Shown here piece after piece: positions 1 through 8,712 of a stretch of DNA of 64,000 bases. The notes under the pieces were generated by a model that was not told where the DNA came from, made no database searches, and saw nothing but the letters and a program-made list of their open reading frames with translations. A program made the position numbers and the translations under genes. The stretch is taken from NCBI GenBank assembly GCA_052279835.1, contig CP181291.1:5184001-5248000 (forward strand), in the 5' to 3' direction. The DNA is from Microcoleus sp. GTDB lineage: Bacteria > Cyanobacteriota > Cyanobacteriia > Cyanobacteriales > Microcoleaceae. Positions within the stretch are counted from its first letter, which is position 1, and the number at the start of each line of letters is the position of its first letter.

Positions 1-34
1 GTACTAAATTTATACTTTTAATTTTAGAGTAAAC

Positions 35-113
35 TTACTTGTGTGTCAACCCTGACAAGTAAACGATTCAAGCGTTAAATGATAATGATTTATAAACTGA
101 CCAGTTTACTTGT
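35..113. promoter_or_regulatory. Candidate operator palindromes upstream of the XRE pair
   Basis: TTACTTGT(35-42)-N12-ACAAGTAA(55-62); TAAACTG-AC-CAGTTTA (93-108); GTTTACTTGT (104-113) is the reverse complement of ACAAGTAAAC (55-64). Confidence 0.4.
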
Positions 114-139
114 AGGTACGGTCGAGTAGCTTTTAAGTC

Positions 140-487
140 GTGAACATCCAAAATAGACAAAAACTTAGTGAAATTATCAAAACGGCCCGCGGCTCTATGA
201 GCCAACGAGCGTTTGGCAAGCTTTTGGGGGTTTCTGCGACTGCTGTGCAATTGTGGGAAAGGGGCGATACTGTTCCAGAAACGGAAAACTTGGCTAAAAT
301 TGCTGCGAGGGCTGGTTATTCGCTGGAAGAGTTTCTCAGCTTTTTGGATGGCAATCCAGTCTCGCAAGCCCCAGAAATTAACGATATTGTCAAAAAAATT
401 CAGTTTTTGCCTCTGAGTCAGGTGGCGCTAATTGGCAAAGCTGTAGCGGATAGATTCGCTGCATCGGCTGAAGCTGCTGGGGAATGA
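140..487 (+). CDS. XRE/Cro-C1 family helix-turn-helix transcriptional regulator
   Basis: GTG start; MSQRAFGKLLGVSATAVQLWERGDTVP is a typical HTH_3 pattern. Confidence 0.85.
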   Translation: MNIQNRQKLSEIIKTARGSMSQRAFGKLLGVSATAVQLWERGDTVPETENLAKIAARAGYSLEEFLSFLDGNPVSQAPEINDIVKKIQFLPLSQVALIGKAVADRFAASAEAAGE

Positions 488-531
488 GTATTAGATAGAT
501 TTATCTGTAAACTAGGAGTTGTGTTTATCTG

Positions 532-888
532 GTGACTAATACTGTGGACGCAGAAGCTAGGAAAAAATTGAGCGAAGTTGTGAAGCTAGCGCGTGGCTCC
601 ATGAGTTTTAGCGCTTTTGGTAGGCTATTGGGAGTCTCTGGGGCTGCTGTTCAGTATTGGGAAAAAGGACAGGTTCTCCCGGATACGAAAAATTTGACGC
701 AGATTGCGGCAAGAGCAGGCTTTACGATGGAAGAGTTAATGGCTCATCTCGAAGGCAAGCCAATGCCGGAACCTGTTAATACCAACGAGCTGCTTAAGAA
801 AATTCAATGTATGCCAATTAGTGAGTTGGCAGTGATTGGTAGAGCTGTGATGGATAGACTCGCGGCGGCGGCTGAGTCTTCTGGGTAA
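532..888 (+). CDS. XRE family HTH regulator, tandem paralog of 140-487
   Basis: AGGAG RBS; MSFSAFGRLLGVSGAAVQYWEKGQVLP; aligns full length with the upstream gene. Confidence 0.85.
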   Translation: MTNTVDAEARKKLSEVVKLARGSMSFSAFGRLLGVSGAAVQYWEKGQVLPDTKNLTQIAARAGFTMEELMAHLEGKPMPEPVNTNELLKKIQCMPISELAVIGRAVMDRLAAAAESSG

Positions 889-1026
889 GCACAGTTGAAT
901 GGATCGAAGGTGCGATCGCCCTTAAAAATTTTTACCACTCATGGTCATAACAAAGTCAGTAGTTTGTCAAGAAAAAGTATACTTTAACTCAAAATGTATG
1001 CTTCTCCGAAAAAGACGTGTGAATAT

Positions 1027-1054
1027 GGGTTCCCAGGCAGAGCCGGGGAACCAG
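1027..1054. repeat. REP-like palindrome (CCAGGCAGAGCC family) between convergent genes
   Basis: GGGTTCCCAGGCAGAGCCGGGGAACCAG; same family as 50623-50739. Confidence 0.6.
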
Positions 1055-1081
1055 CTTGCATCAGCTAAGATATCCTAGTTT

Positions 1082-2047
1082 TTAGCCGCCCCAAACTTTC
1101 TTTAAAACATCTTCAGGAGAGATGTCCGCCATCTTCCCAGTAGGAGATTTAATGCCCAAAAATCGATCGCTCTTGGGTAACAATTTTGCTGGATCGGTGG
1201 GACCGAACAAAGCTATTGTATAAGTTTGAACCGCTACAGCTAAGTGCATGGGCGCACTATCTGTACACATCATCAAATTAGCCGCAGCAATCATGGCGGC
1301 TAATTTGCCAACATCATCGGGTGATGTCACTTTCACCTGGGGACACAACTTGATTAGTTGGGCCACAAAACCAGCATCTTCTGGCCCTTGAACCACCACC
1401 ACTGGTAAATTTGGCTGTCGCTTTTGACAATCTTCTATTATTTGCTTCCAATTGTCGATCGGGTAAATTTTGTCAATACCTTTAGACACAGCTAACTGAC
1501 TAGAACCGCCGTGAATTAAAATGTAACCACTTTCTTTAATCCCCAACTGTTGCTGTTGGGCTTCCGCCCACTGAATGTCCTGTTTTGGTACATTAATTGC
1601 GATCGCAGGACACGGATTTTTAATGTTGAATCCTTGCAGCAAATCGTGGTACATTGAAGCTGCGTACTGTTCAGTTTTCAGCGGTACGGGATTGGTGAGA
1701 AATAAACTATTGTTGCTTCCGGCATAGCCAACTCTCTGGGGAATGCCCGTCAGCCATAGCAAAAGTCCGACTGTCCAACGCTGACCCAGGGAAATCACTG
1801 CTTCGTATTCGCGATCGCGAATTACACCTAGCAAATTACCCCAATCCGCCATCGCATTCCGGTCTTTGAAATTGTAAGTCAAGACTTCTTTGACAGACTT
1901 GCAGACTCGGTAAGCACTTTTTGCCCTCGGTTCCACCATGACATCGATTTGAGCATCGGGATAAGAATGCTTGAGGTCATCAAGAGTGGGAAAAAATAAA
2001 ATTTGGTCGCCAATTCCACCAGGGACAAGTGCTAGTATTCGCATCAT
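1082..2047 (-). CDS. Glycosyltransferase family 9 (heptosyltransferase-like)
   Basis: GGIGDQIL, TDSAPMHLAVA and LFGPT motifs. Confidence 0.9.
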   Translation of the reverse strand: MMRILALVPGGIGDQILFFPTLDDLKHSYPDAQIDVMVEPRAKSAYRVCKSVKEVLTYNFKDRNAMADWGNLLGVIRDREYEAVISLGQRWTVGLLLWLTGIPQRVGYAGSNNSLFLTNPVPLKTEQYAASMYHDLLQGFNIKNPCPAIAINVPKQDIQWAEAQQQQLGIKESGYILIHGGSSQLAVSKGIDKIYPIDNWKQIIEDCQKRQPNLPVVVVQGPEDAGFVAQLIKLCPQVKVTSPDDVGKLAAMIAAANLMMCTDSAPMHLAVAVQTYTIALFGPTDPAKLLPKSDRFLGIKSPTGKMADISPEDVLKKVWGG

Positions 2048-2217
2048 AAACGATCGGACTATTATTTATACAAAGTAGCTCTCAGCGATCGGCTTTCAGC
2101 TATCAGCTTATAGTATTTCTAGACCTTAAAAGCTACGGGCTGACAACTAAACCACTGATTGAAGAGTACAGGACGCTCTTATTATATATATGTAGTTGGG
2201 TTAAAAACGGTTAGTAA

Positions 2218-2913
2218 ATGCACTTATTAATTCCTGCGGCGGGTTCGGGGCGACGGATGGGTAGTCAGCGGAACAAACTGCTGCTGACTTTGGTGGGAAA
2301 ACCTTTGTTGAGTTGGACTTTGGCGGCGGCTGAGGCTTCGGGGCACATTACCTGGATTGGTATCATGGGCCAGCCTGATGATTTTCCCGATTTTGAAGCA
2401 ATTTTGAGCGATTTATCTTTGACTAAGCCTGTGAAACTGATTCAAGGTGGTGCCACCAGGCAAGAGTCAGTTTACAACGGTTTGCAGGCTTTGCCTACTG
2501 AGAGCGATCGAGTGTTGATTCACGATGGGGCGCGATGTTTGGCAACTGCTGAATTGTTCGATCGCTCCTCAGAGGCACTTTTGAGCTGTCCCGGCTTGAT
2601 TGTTGCCATCCCGGTCAAGGATACGATTAAGGTGGTGGATGAGCATCGAATTGTGCGAGACACACCGGAAAGGAGCAATTTGTGGGCTGCCCAGACTCCC
2701 CAAGGATTTGAAGTGCAATTATTGAAAAAGTGTCATCAAGAAGGCCGAGAGAAAGGTTGGGAAGTTACTGATGATGCCGCTTTGTTTGAAAAATGCGGCT
2801 TACCAGTGCGAATTGTGGAGGGAGAAGAGACTAATTTGAAGGTGACAACTCCCGTTGATTTAGCACTAGCTGAATTTATTTTGCGACAGAGAACACTGAC
2901 AGTTGACAGGTGA
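2218..2913 (+). CDS. ispD: 2-C-methyl-D-erythritol 4-phosphate cytidylyltransferase
   Basis: PAAGSGRRMG, GGATRQESV, LIHDGARC, AQTPQGF, TDD, NLKVTTP. Confidence 0.97.
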   Translation: MHLLIPAAGSGRRMGSQRNKLLLTLVGKPLLSWTLAAAEASGHITWIGIMGQPDDFPDFEAILSDLSLTKPVKLIQGGATRQESVYNGLQALPTESDRVLIHDGARCLATAELFDRSSEALLSCPGLIVAIPVKDTIKVVDEHRIVRDTPERSNLWAAQTPQGFEVQLLKKCHQEGREKGWEVTDDAALFEKCGLPVRIVEGEETNLKVTTPVDLALAEFILRQRTLTVDR

Positions 2914-2968
2914 CAGTTGGCAGTTGGTAGTTGGCAGTTATTACCAATTACCAATTACCAATTACCAA
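2897..2968 (+). repeat. Heptamer short tandem repeats (STRR-like)
   Basis: (TGACAGT/TGGCAGT)n followed by (ATTACCA)n. Confidence 0.75.
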
Positions 2969-3019
2969 ATCTAAAACCGATAGTGTTATCCTATAAATAT
3001 CATAGCTGGAAATAAACAT

Positions 3020-3685
3020 ATGATTTCTGTTGTGCCGATCGCACCACCGTTAACCCTAGGCGAAAAGCGAGTGGTGTTTAGAGATATTAGTTGGGAGGGT
3101 TATCAACAACTGCTCAAGATTTTTGGCGATAGACGAGCGGCTAGATTGATATTCGATCGAGGGACTTTAGAAATTACCATGCCTTTAGAACAACACGAGT
3201 TTTCGAGATGCTTAATCGAGCTTTTGATTCGGATTTTGGTTGTAGAACTAGGTTTGAAGATTAAAACAATGGGTTCTACAACCTTAGATCGATCGGACCT
3301 AGAACGCGGTGCAGAACCAGACAATGCCTATTACATCCAAAATCAGCCCCTCGTAGCCGGTCGTACCGTAGATTTAGCCACCGATCCAGCACCAGATTTA
3401 GTAGTAGAAGTAGATATCACCCATACTGATATTAATAAACTAGCTCTCTATGCTAGTATGGGAGTACCGGAGTTTTGGAGATACAATGGTAGAGAATGGC
3501 GGATTTATCAGCTAGAAAACTCTGACTATTTAGAAGTGTCTGTCAGCCCCACTTTTCCGATTCTCCCCAAAGAAAAGCTCTACGAATTTTTGGCCGCAGC
3601 GCAGCTAGATGAGGTAGAAGCAGAGGTGAATTTCCGCAACTGGGTAAAAGAGATGACTAAATCTAATCAGTTAAATAACCAATAA
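3020..3685 (+). CDS. Uma2 family (DUF820) endonuclease-like protein
   Basis: ISWEGY, EPDNAYY, PDLVVEVD, YASMGVPEFWRY. Confidence 0.92.
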   Translation: MISVVPIAPPLTLGEKRVVFRDISWEGYQQLLKIFGDRRAARLIFDRGTLEITMPLEQHEFSRCLIELLIRILVVELGLKIKTMGSTTLDRSDLERGAEPDNAYYIQNQPLVAGRTVDLATDPAPDLVVEVDITHTDINKLALYASMGVPEFWRYNGREWRIYQLENSDYLEVSVSPTFPILPKEKLYEFLAAAQLDEVEAEVNFRNWVKEMTKSNQLNNQ

Positions 3686-3704
3686 CCAACAACCAATAAT
3701 CAAT

Positions 3705-4637
3705 TCAAGAAGGATTAATGGGAAACTCGCCATCACTCTCAACATCCACCTCACTGGTAACTAAATCCAAAAATGCAAACACGGCCGGAATTAACAGCCC
3801 ATCCCTTAAAATAGCTACTCCAATTACCCTCTGAAAATCCGCCGGGAAACTACAAATTTTCACCTGAGTAGGTATGGGTTCCGCCGCCAAACGGGGCAGA
3901 ATTGCTGCACCCAAACCTTGTAGTACCATACTGACAATAGTGGAATCTTCGCTGAGTTCGTAAGCGATATTTAGGGGACAAGGGGAAGTTGCTAAATACT
4001 TACGAAGTGGTATGGAACAAGCTGTTTCTGGCGGCTGCAAAATCAGCGGATAATTCGCTAATTCTTCCCAGGTAATTTTAGCATTTTTACATTTCGCAGT
4101 CGGCGGTAATAAAACCAGATAGTTGTCTCGCAAGATTTCCCTGGTTTCAAATTCATTGGAGATGGGAAGAGAAACAAAGCCGATGTCTGCTTTGCCCGAT
4201 CGCAAAGCTTCTTCCACAGCTTGCGTATAATAGACTTCGGTAATGCTGACGGCAATTTTGGGAAAGCGATCGCGAAATTTAGCAATGATACGCGGTAGGA
4301 TATGAGTGGCGACACTGCGAAAACTAACTATCCGTACCTGACCACCCTGTAAACCTTTTTCTAAATCCGCTTCTTTGACCATGTGTTCTAACGATCGCAC
4401 AATTTGACGCCCGTGAATCAGTATCCTTTCTCCCACAGGTGTCAGTTGAGCACCATGTCGCCCCCGATGAAATAGCTGCACTCCCAATTCGGTTTCTAAA
4501 GTGGCGATGGCGTGGCTGACTGCTGACTGGGAAAGTTCTAATTGCAAAGCTGCTTCGCTAAAGTTTGCACAGTTTGCTACTGCTATTAAAGCCTGAATTT
4601 GAGAGAGTTTCATCCGCCGCGTATTGATTTCTTTCAT
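3705..4637 (-). CDS. LysR family transcriptional regulator (start may be 4613)
   Basis: NFSEAALQLELSQSAVSHAIATLETELGVQLFHR HTH plus substrate-binding domain. Confidence 0.93.
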   Translation of the reverse strand: MKEINTRRMKLSQIQALIAVANCANFSEAALQLELSQSAVSHAIATLETELGVQLFHRGRHGAQLTPVGERILIHGRQIVRSLEHMVKEADLEKGLQGGQVRIVSFRSVATHILPRIIAKFRDRFPKIAVSITEVYYTQAVEEALRSGKADIGFVSLPISNEFETREILRDNYLVLLPPTAKCKNAKITWEELANYPLILQPPETACSIPLRKYLATSPCPLNIAYELSEDSTIVSMVLQGLGAAILPRLAAEPIPTQVKICSFPADFQRVIGVAILRDGLLIPAVFAFLDLVTSEVDVESDGEFPINPS

Positions 4638-4653
4638 ATAACCAATAACTGAT

Positions 4654-5499
4654 ATGTCTAAATTTATTCTGGAATTTTATGACACTTTTTACTCCTATCC
4701 CTGTAGTTCGCGATCGGCAATTCATAGCTTAAACCTCAAAGTACCCGCCGGGAAACGTTGCGGGCTAATCGGTCAAAATGGGTGTGGCAAAACTACATTT
4801 TTTCTATTAGCAAATGGCTTGTATCAACCGCAACGGGGAATCATTAGCTGGGAAGGTAAACCCTTCAACTACGATCGCAAATATTTGATGCAATTGCGCC
4901 AACAAATCGGGCTGGTATTTCAAAATCCTGAACATCAATTAGTTGCTTCGACGGTGGAAGAGGATATCTCCTACGGGTTGTACAATTTGGGTTTGCCCCA
5001 ACCGGATATTGCTAGAATGGTTCAGGAGGCGATCGAGCAATTTGATTTAACTAAATTAGCTACTCAACCAATTCACAATCTCAGTTTAGGACAAAAAAAG
5101 CGCGTGTCGATCGCTGATATCATGGTTCTCAAACCCAAATTACTGCTATTAGATGAACCTACAGCCTATCTCGATCCACGCCATACGGGACAACTCATCG
5201 GTTTACTCCAAGAAATTCACGCCAGTGGTACTACAATTCTCTTAGCAAGTCACGATCTAGATTTTATTTATCGCTGGGCTGATTGGGTGTTTGTGATGGA
5301 TGGCGGACAACTGATTTTAGAAGGAACACCGGAAAGCGTTTTTGCTCAACGGGAGGTTTTGGAAAAATTGCAGCTTGGTGTACCGCTGGCCATCGAGTTG
5401 ATGGAGCAAATGAGGGCTATGGTTGAGAAAGATGATAGCTCACAAATGCACACTTTTGAGCAATGGCAACAACAAATTTTACAAAAGCGGCGACTTTAG
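4654..5499 (+). CDS. cbiO: ECF-type (Co/Ni) transporter ATPase, CbiO/EcfA-like
   Basis: GQNGCGKTT, VFQNPEHQL, LSLGQKKRVSIA, LLDEPT, SHD. Confidence 0.85.
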   Translation: MSKFILEFYDTFYSYPCSSRSAIHSLNLKVPAGKRCGLIGQNGCGKTTFFLLANGLYQPQRGIISWEGKPFNYDRKYLMQLRQQIGLVFQNPEHQLVASTVEEDISYGLYNLGLPQPDIARMVQEAIEQFDLTKLATQPIHNLSLGQKKRVSIADIMVLKPKLLLLDEPTAYLDPRHTGQLIGLLQEIHASGTTILLASHDLDFIYRWADWVFVMDGGQLILEGTPESVFAQREVLEKLQLGVPLAIELMEQMRAMVEKDDSSQMHTFEQWQQQILQKRRL

Positions 5500-5565
5500 T
5501 TATTGGTTTTTGGTTCTGGGTTATGGATTATTGGTTTCCGAAATTGATGTTAGGTGGGATTTTTA

Positions 5566-6420
5566 TCACTCAAAAACCACTGTTTTATTCCCATAAACTA
5601 ACACCCGGTTACGCAAGTGCGATCGCACGGCTCTGGCTAAAACTATCCGTTCTAAATCTTTACCTTTGCGAACCAAATCAGAGACTTCATCCCGGTGACT
5701 AACTCGCTCTACATCTTGTTCGATAATCGGTCCGGCATCTAAGTCAGAAGTGATGTAATGAGCAGTGGCACCGATAATTTTTACGCCTCGCTCGTAGGCG
5801 CGTTGGTAAGGGTTGGCACCGACAAAAGCAGGTAAAAATGAGTGGTGAATGTTGATAATATTCGGAAATTTGGTAATAAAATCTGCACTCAAAACTTGCA
5901 TATACTTCGCAAGTACGATTAAATCTATATTATGCTGTTTTAATAAGTCTAATTGCGTGGCTTCTTGTTCAGACTTGTTATCTGGGTTAATGGCAATATA
6001 TTGAAATTCTGCTCCGTATTGTTCGGCTATGTGCTGTAAGTGGGGATGATTGCTGATAATTAACGGAATTTCTGCTAAAAATTGTTTGGATTGTTGTCGC
6101 CACATCAAATCTAACAGACAATGGTCTTGGCGGCTGACCCAAATTGCGATGCGTCTTACTGTATCGGAAAAGTGCAATTCCCACTTAGCTTGTAGAGGTT
6201 GTGCGATCGCCCTGAAAGCCGGGGCAATTTCTTCCCTAGATAAATCAAATCCTGATAATTGCCATTCTATCCTGGTGAGGAACAGTCCCGCAGCAAAGTC
6301 TGTGTGTTGATTGGCGTGGATAATATTACCATTATGCTGATAAATAAAGTTGGCAAATGTGGCGACTAAACCGCGTCTATCTGGACAAGCAATCAGGAGA
6401 GTTGCTGTAGGAAGTGTCAT
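5566..6420 (-). CDS. purU: Formyltetrahydrofolate deformylase
   Basis: N-terminal ACT domain (CPDRRGLVA), INIHHSFLPAF, GVKIIGATAHY, LDAGPIIEQ. Confidence 0.97.
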   Translation of the reverse strand: MTLPTATLLIACPDRRGLVATFANFIYQHNGNIIHANQHTDFAAGLFLTRIEWQLSGFDLSREEIAPAFRAIAQPLQAKWELHFSDTVRRIAIWVSRQDHCLLDLMWRQQSKQFLAEIPLIISNHPHLQHIAEQYGAEFQYIAINPDNKSEQEATQLDLLKQHNIDLIVLAKYMQVLSADFITKFPNIINIHHSFLPAFVGANPYQRAYERGVKIIGATAHYITSDLDAGPIIEQDVERVSHRDEVSDLVRKGKDLERIVLARAVRSHLRNRVLVYGNKTVVFE

Positions 6421-6478
6421 ACAAAGTCAAAGTCCTGTAGATTAGTGTGGCTCGCATTTTTGTCAACTCTCAAACAGA

Positions 6479-6772
6479 TTAATCTGCTACTCTTTCGGAG
6501 ACTTCACCTTCGCAAATGGTGAGTTGCGAAGGCTGACATCGTTTGATAATTATACTAAGTCTTTTTGCTCCTTCGCTTTCCAAGTCTTCGATATAGCCTG
6601 GAGTATGGATTAAGGCTTCTTTATCGCTGTCAAAGGGACCAAAATAGTAGGTACAGCGGGGAAAGTTGGTAATAATTTCTACCCACCATTTTTCTTGTCG
6701 TTGACTGTGGGTGGGCTGGGCAAGGAGAGACAAGACTACAACGCATATACAGAATAAATAAAATCCGAGCAT
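6479..6772 (-). CDS. DUF1816-like cyanobacterial protein
   Basis: WWVEIITNFPRCTYYFGPF...GYIEDLESEGA...KRCQP..LT. Confidence 0.8.
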   Translation of the reverse strand: MLGFYLFCICVVVLSLLAQPTHSQRQEKWWVEIITNFPRCTYYFGPFDSDKEALIHTPGYIEDLESEGAKRLSIIIKRCQPSQLTICEGEVSERVAD

Positions 6773-7102
6773 TGTTCTTCTTCGGGTAGATTTATGTATT
6801 ATTTCAATTTATCAAGGTAATTTGCGCGATCGAATCAACCTCTGTGCTGATTTTGAGTCAATTGAATCACGCACCCGCCCCACTTTGCGTGTAATCTCCA
6901 ATCCGGTAGCATCTGAATTATTCATCCCTCTATTCTCCCCCTCTGTGTCCTCTGTGTTCTCTGCGGTTAAATTATTCCGATGCTACCAAAAACGATATAA
7001 TCTCAAATCTAAAGCAAAACCCGCCTGTGCGGGTTGTTTGCTTGCTGAAAAATTCTCTTTTGCCAAAGCCGGTTACTAGGTAGAAACTCAGAAGGCTGAA
7101 GC

Positions 7103-7858
7103 TTAGGACTTACCTTTGGGGAAATGGTCAATCCCAGCCCAACCATAAAAAACCAGTTCGTTGTTTTGGACTCGACACCTGTCTACTCGCAGTTGAGTGC
7201 CTTCGAGAGCAAATTTGTCTAAATCTAGCAAGTTGTTGACGTGGGCAATTATCGCTTTACCCAAGTTGACTGCTTGCTCGTCACCGCCGTAAGTAACGCT
7301 GACAAATTGGATTTTTCGCCGTTCCTCTACTTGCAGTTGAGAAGTAATATCTATCTTGACTGGTTCGCCAGAATCGCCTACGGTAATTTCGGACTGAAGC
7401 CGAATCGATTTATCGGCACCGAAGCTGACTTCGGTGTTTTGAAAATGCAGAGACTGGTCTTGATAATTGAGCCGTTGCAGTTTTTCAACTACAAAAGGCG
7501 TATTGAATGAGGTGGTTAAGTCTGATTGGCTCAAAACTACTCGCATATTTGCCTGGGTAGGCTGTCGTAATTTAACTTGACCTGCAAAAATTGCCCCAAA
7601 ATCAATGGAGAGTGCTTGCAAGTAGAGTTCCATTACTTCGATGCGAAGACCGTTGTACATTAACATTCCTTTGCCAATGAAGTCGAAACCGTCGATGCTT
7701 CCCTGCAAGAGTTTGGCTACAGGTTCGACTCGGATATTGGCTTGGGCCTGTTCCGAACGCTTGAATAAGGCCGCAATCGCAGCTCCTGCTACTTTGCTGA
7801 CAAGGCGATCGCCACTTTGACCTTGAAAGGATGTACCGCTAAACAAAGCTGCTACCAT
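7103..7858 (-). CDS. DUF2993 / LmeA-like protein
   Basis: LLQGSIDGFDFIG, LSQSDLTTSFN, LLDLDKFAL pattern shared with 10401-11141. Confidence 0.75.
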   Translation of the reverse strand: MVAALFSGTSFQGQSGDRLVSKVAGAAIAALFKRSEQAQANIRVEPVAKLLQGSIDGFDFIGKGMLMYNGLRIEVMELYLQALSIDFGAIFAGQVKLRQPTQANMRVVLSQSDLTTSFNTPFVVEKLQRLNYQDQSLHFQNTEVSFGADKSIRLQSEITVGDSGEPVKIDITSQLQVEERRKIQFVSVTYGGDEQAVNLGKAIIAHVNNLLDLDKFALEGTQLRVDRCRVQNNELVFYGWAGIDHFPKGKS

Positions 7859-8013
7859 TTATTCGTTTGCTCATCTACATTGGCTATTATAACCCCCTAT
7901 TAAGAAATGTTAAAATAGCTTGTGCTTATGTACATTATAAGAATGAATTGTTTTTTGGATCTGTTTGGAAAATAAGACTTGGACTAGGCCAAGGTGCAGA
8001 GCCTTCTTGAATG

Positions 8014-8604
8014 TTAAAGGCTCAGGGGGGTGCCTTGGAGACAGGCTCGATCGAGTAATGCTCCATCCCAGAGGGTGTGTTCGATCGCAGCACAGAGCAA
8101 ATTAGCACCTGTGAGATTAGCGCCGCGCATTACGGCTCCATTCAGGATAGCTTCTTCCAAGTCTGCACCGGACAAATCTGCGCCGGACAAATTGGCATGA
8201 CTCAAATCTGCGTGGTGCAAAATTGCCCTCGCCAAATTCACAGCCCGCAAATCGGCACCACGAAAATCGACACCGCTCAAATCCAAATTCCCCATCGTCG
8301 CCCCAGCCAAAAAAGCTCCCCCAAAACTGGCGTCACCAAGTTGAGCATTCCCAAAGTAGACTCCGCGCAAGTCAGCATTCCGAAAATCTGCTCCTCGCAA
8401 GTCAGCGCCGCTCAAATCAGCGCCTCGCAGGTTTGCCCGCAAGATGGCACGCTGCAAATTCGCACCAGCAAGATTAGCTCCACTCAAGTTAGCTTGAGAC
8501 AAATCGGTATCGGCGAGCTCGGCTCCCGATAAGTCAGCGCCAGCTAAATTATAGCCGGACAGCAATTTAATTTTGCCTTGGCAAATGGCTTCTATGTTAG
8601 TCAT
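8014..8604 (-). CDS. Pentapeptide repeat protein
   Basis: Continuous A(D/N)LxG repeats. Confidence 0.95.
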   Translation of the reverse strand: MTNIEAICQGKIKLLSGYNLAGADLSGAELADTDLSQANLSGANLAGANLQRAILRANLRGADLSGADLRGADFRNADLRGVYFGNAQLGDASFGGAFLAGATMGNLDLSGVDFRGADLRAVNLARAILHHADLSHANLSGADLSGADLEEAILNGAVMRGANLTGANLLCAAIEHTLWDGALLDRACLQGTPLSL

Positions 8605-8613
8605 TACTTATAT

Positions 8614-8710
8614 GGTCATTGGTCATTGGTTATTGGTCATTGGCATCGCTGAGCCCTTCGACTACGCCAGCGGTGCCGCGTAGCGTCGAAGGGTCATTGG
8701 TTATTGGTCA
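8614..8710. repeat. GGTCATT heptamer repeats interrupted by a CCCTTCGAC...GTCGAAGGG hairpin
   Basis: Read directly; hairpin at 8654-8693. Confidence 0.65.
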
Positions 8711-8712
8711 AT

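Noticed and set aside
8077..8532. Plus-strand ORFs over the pentapeptide gene (and similar antisense ORFs over fbaA, capA, dxs)
   Set aside because: They are antisense shadows of well-supported genes and have no motifs
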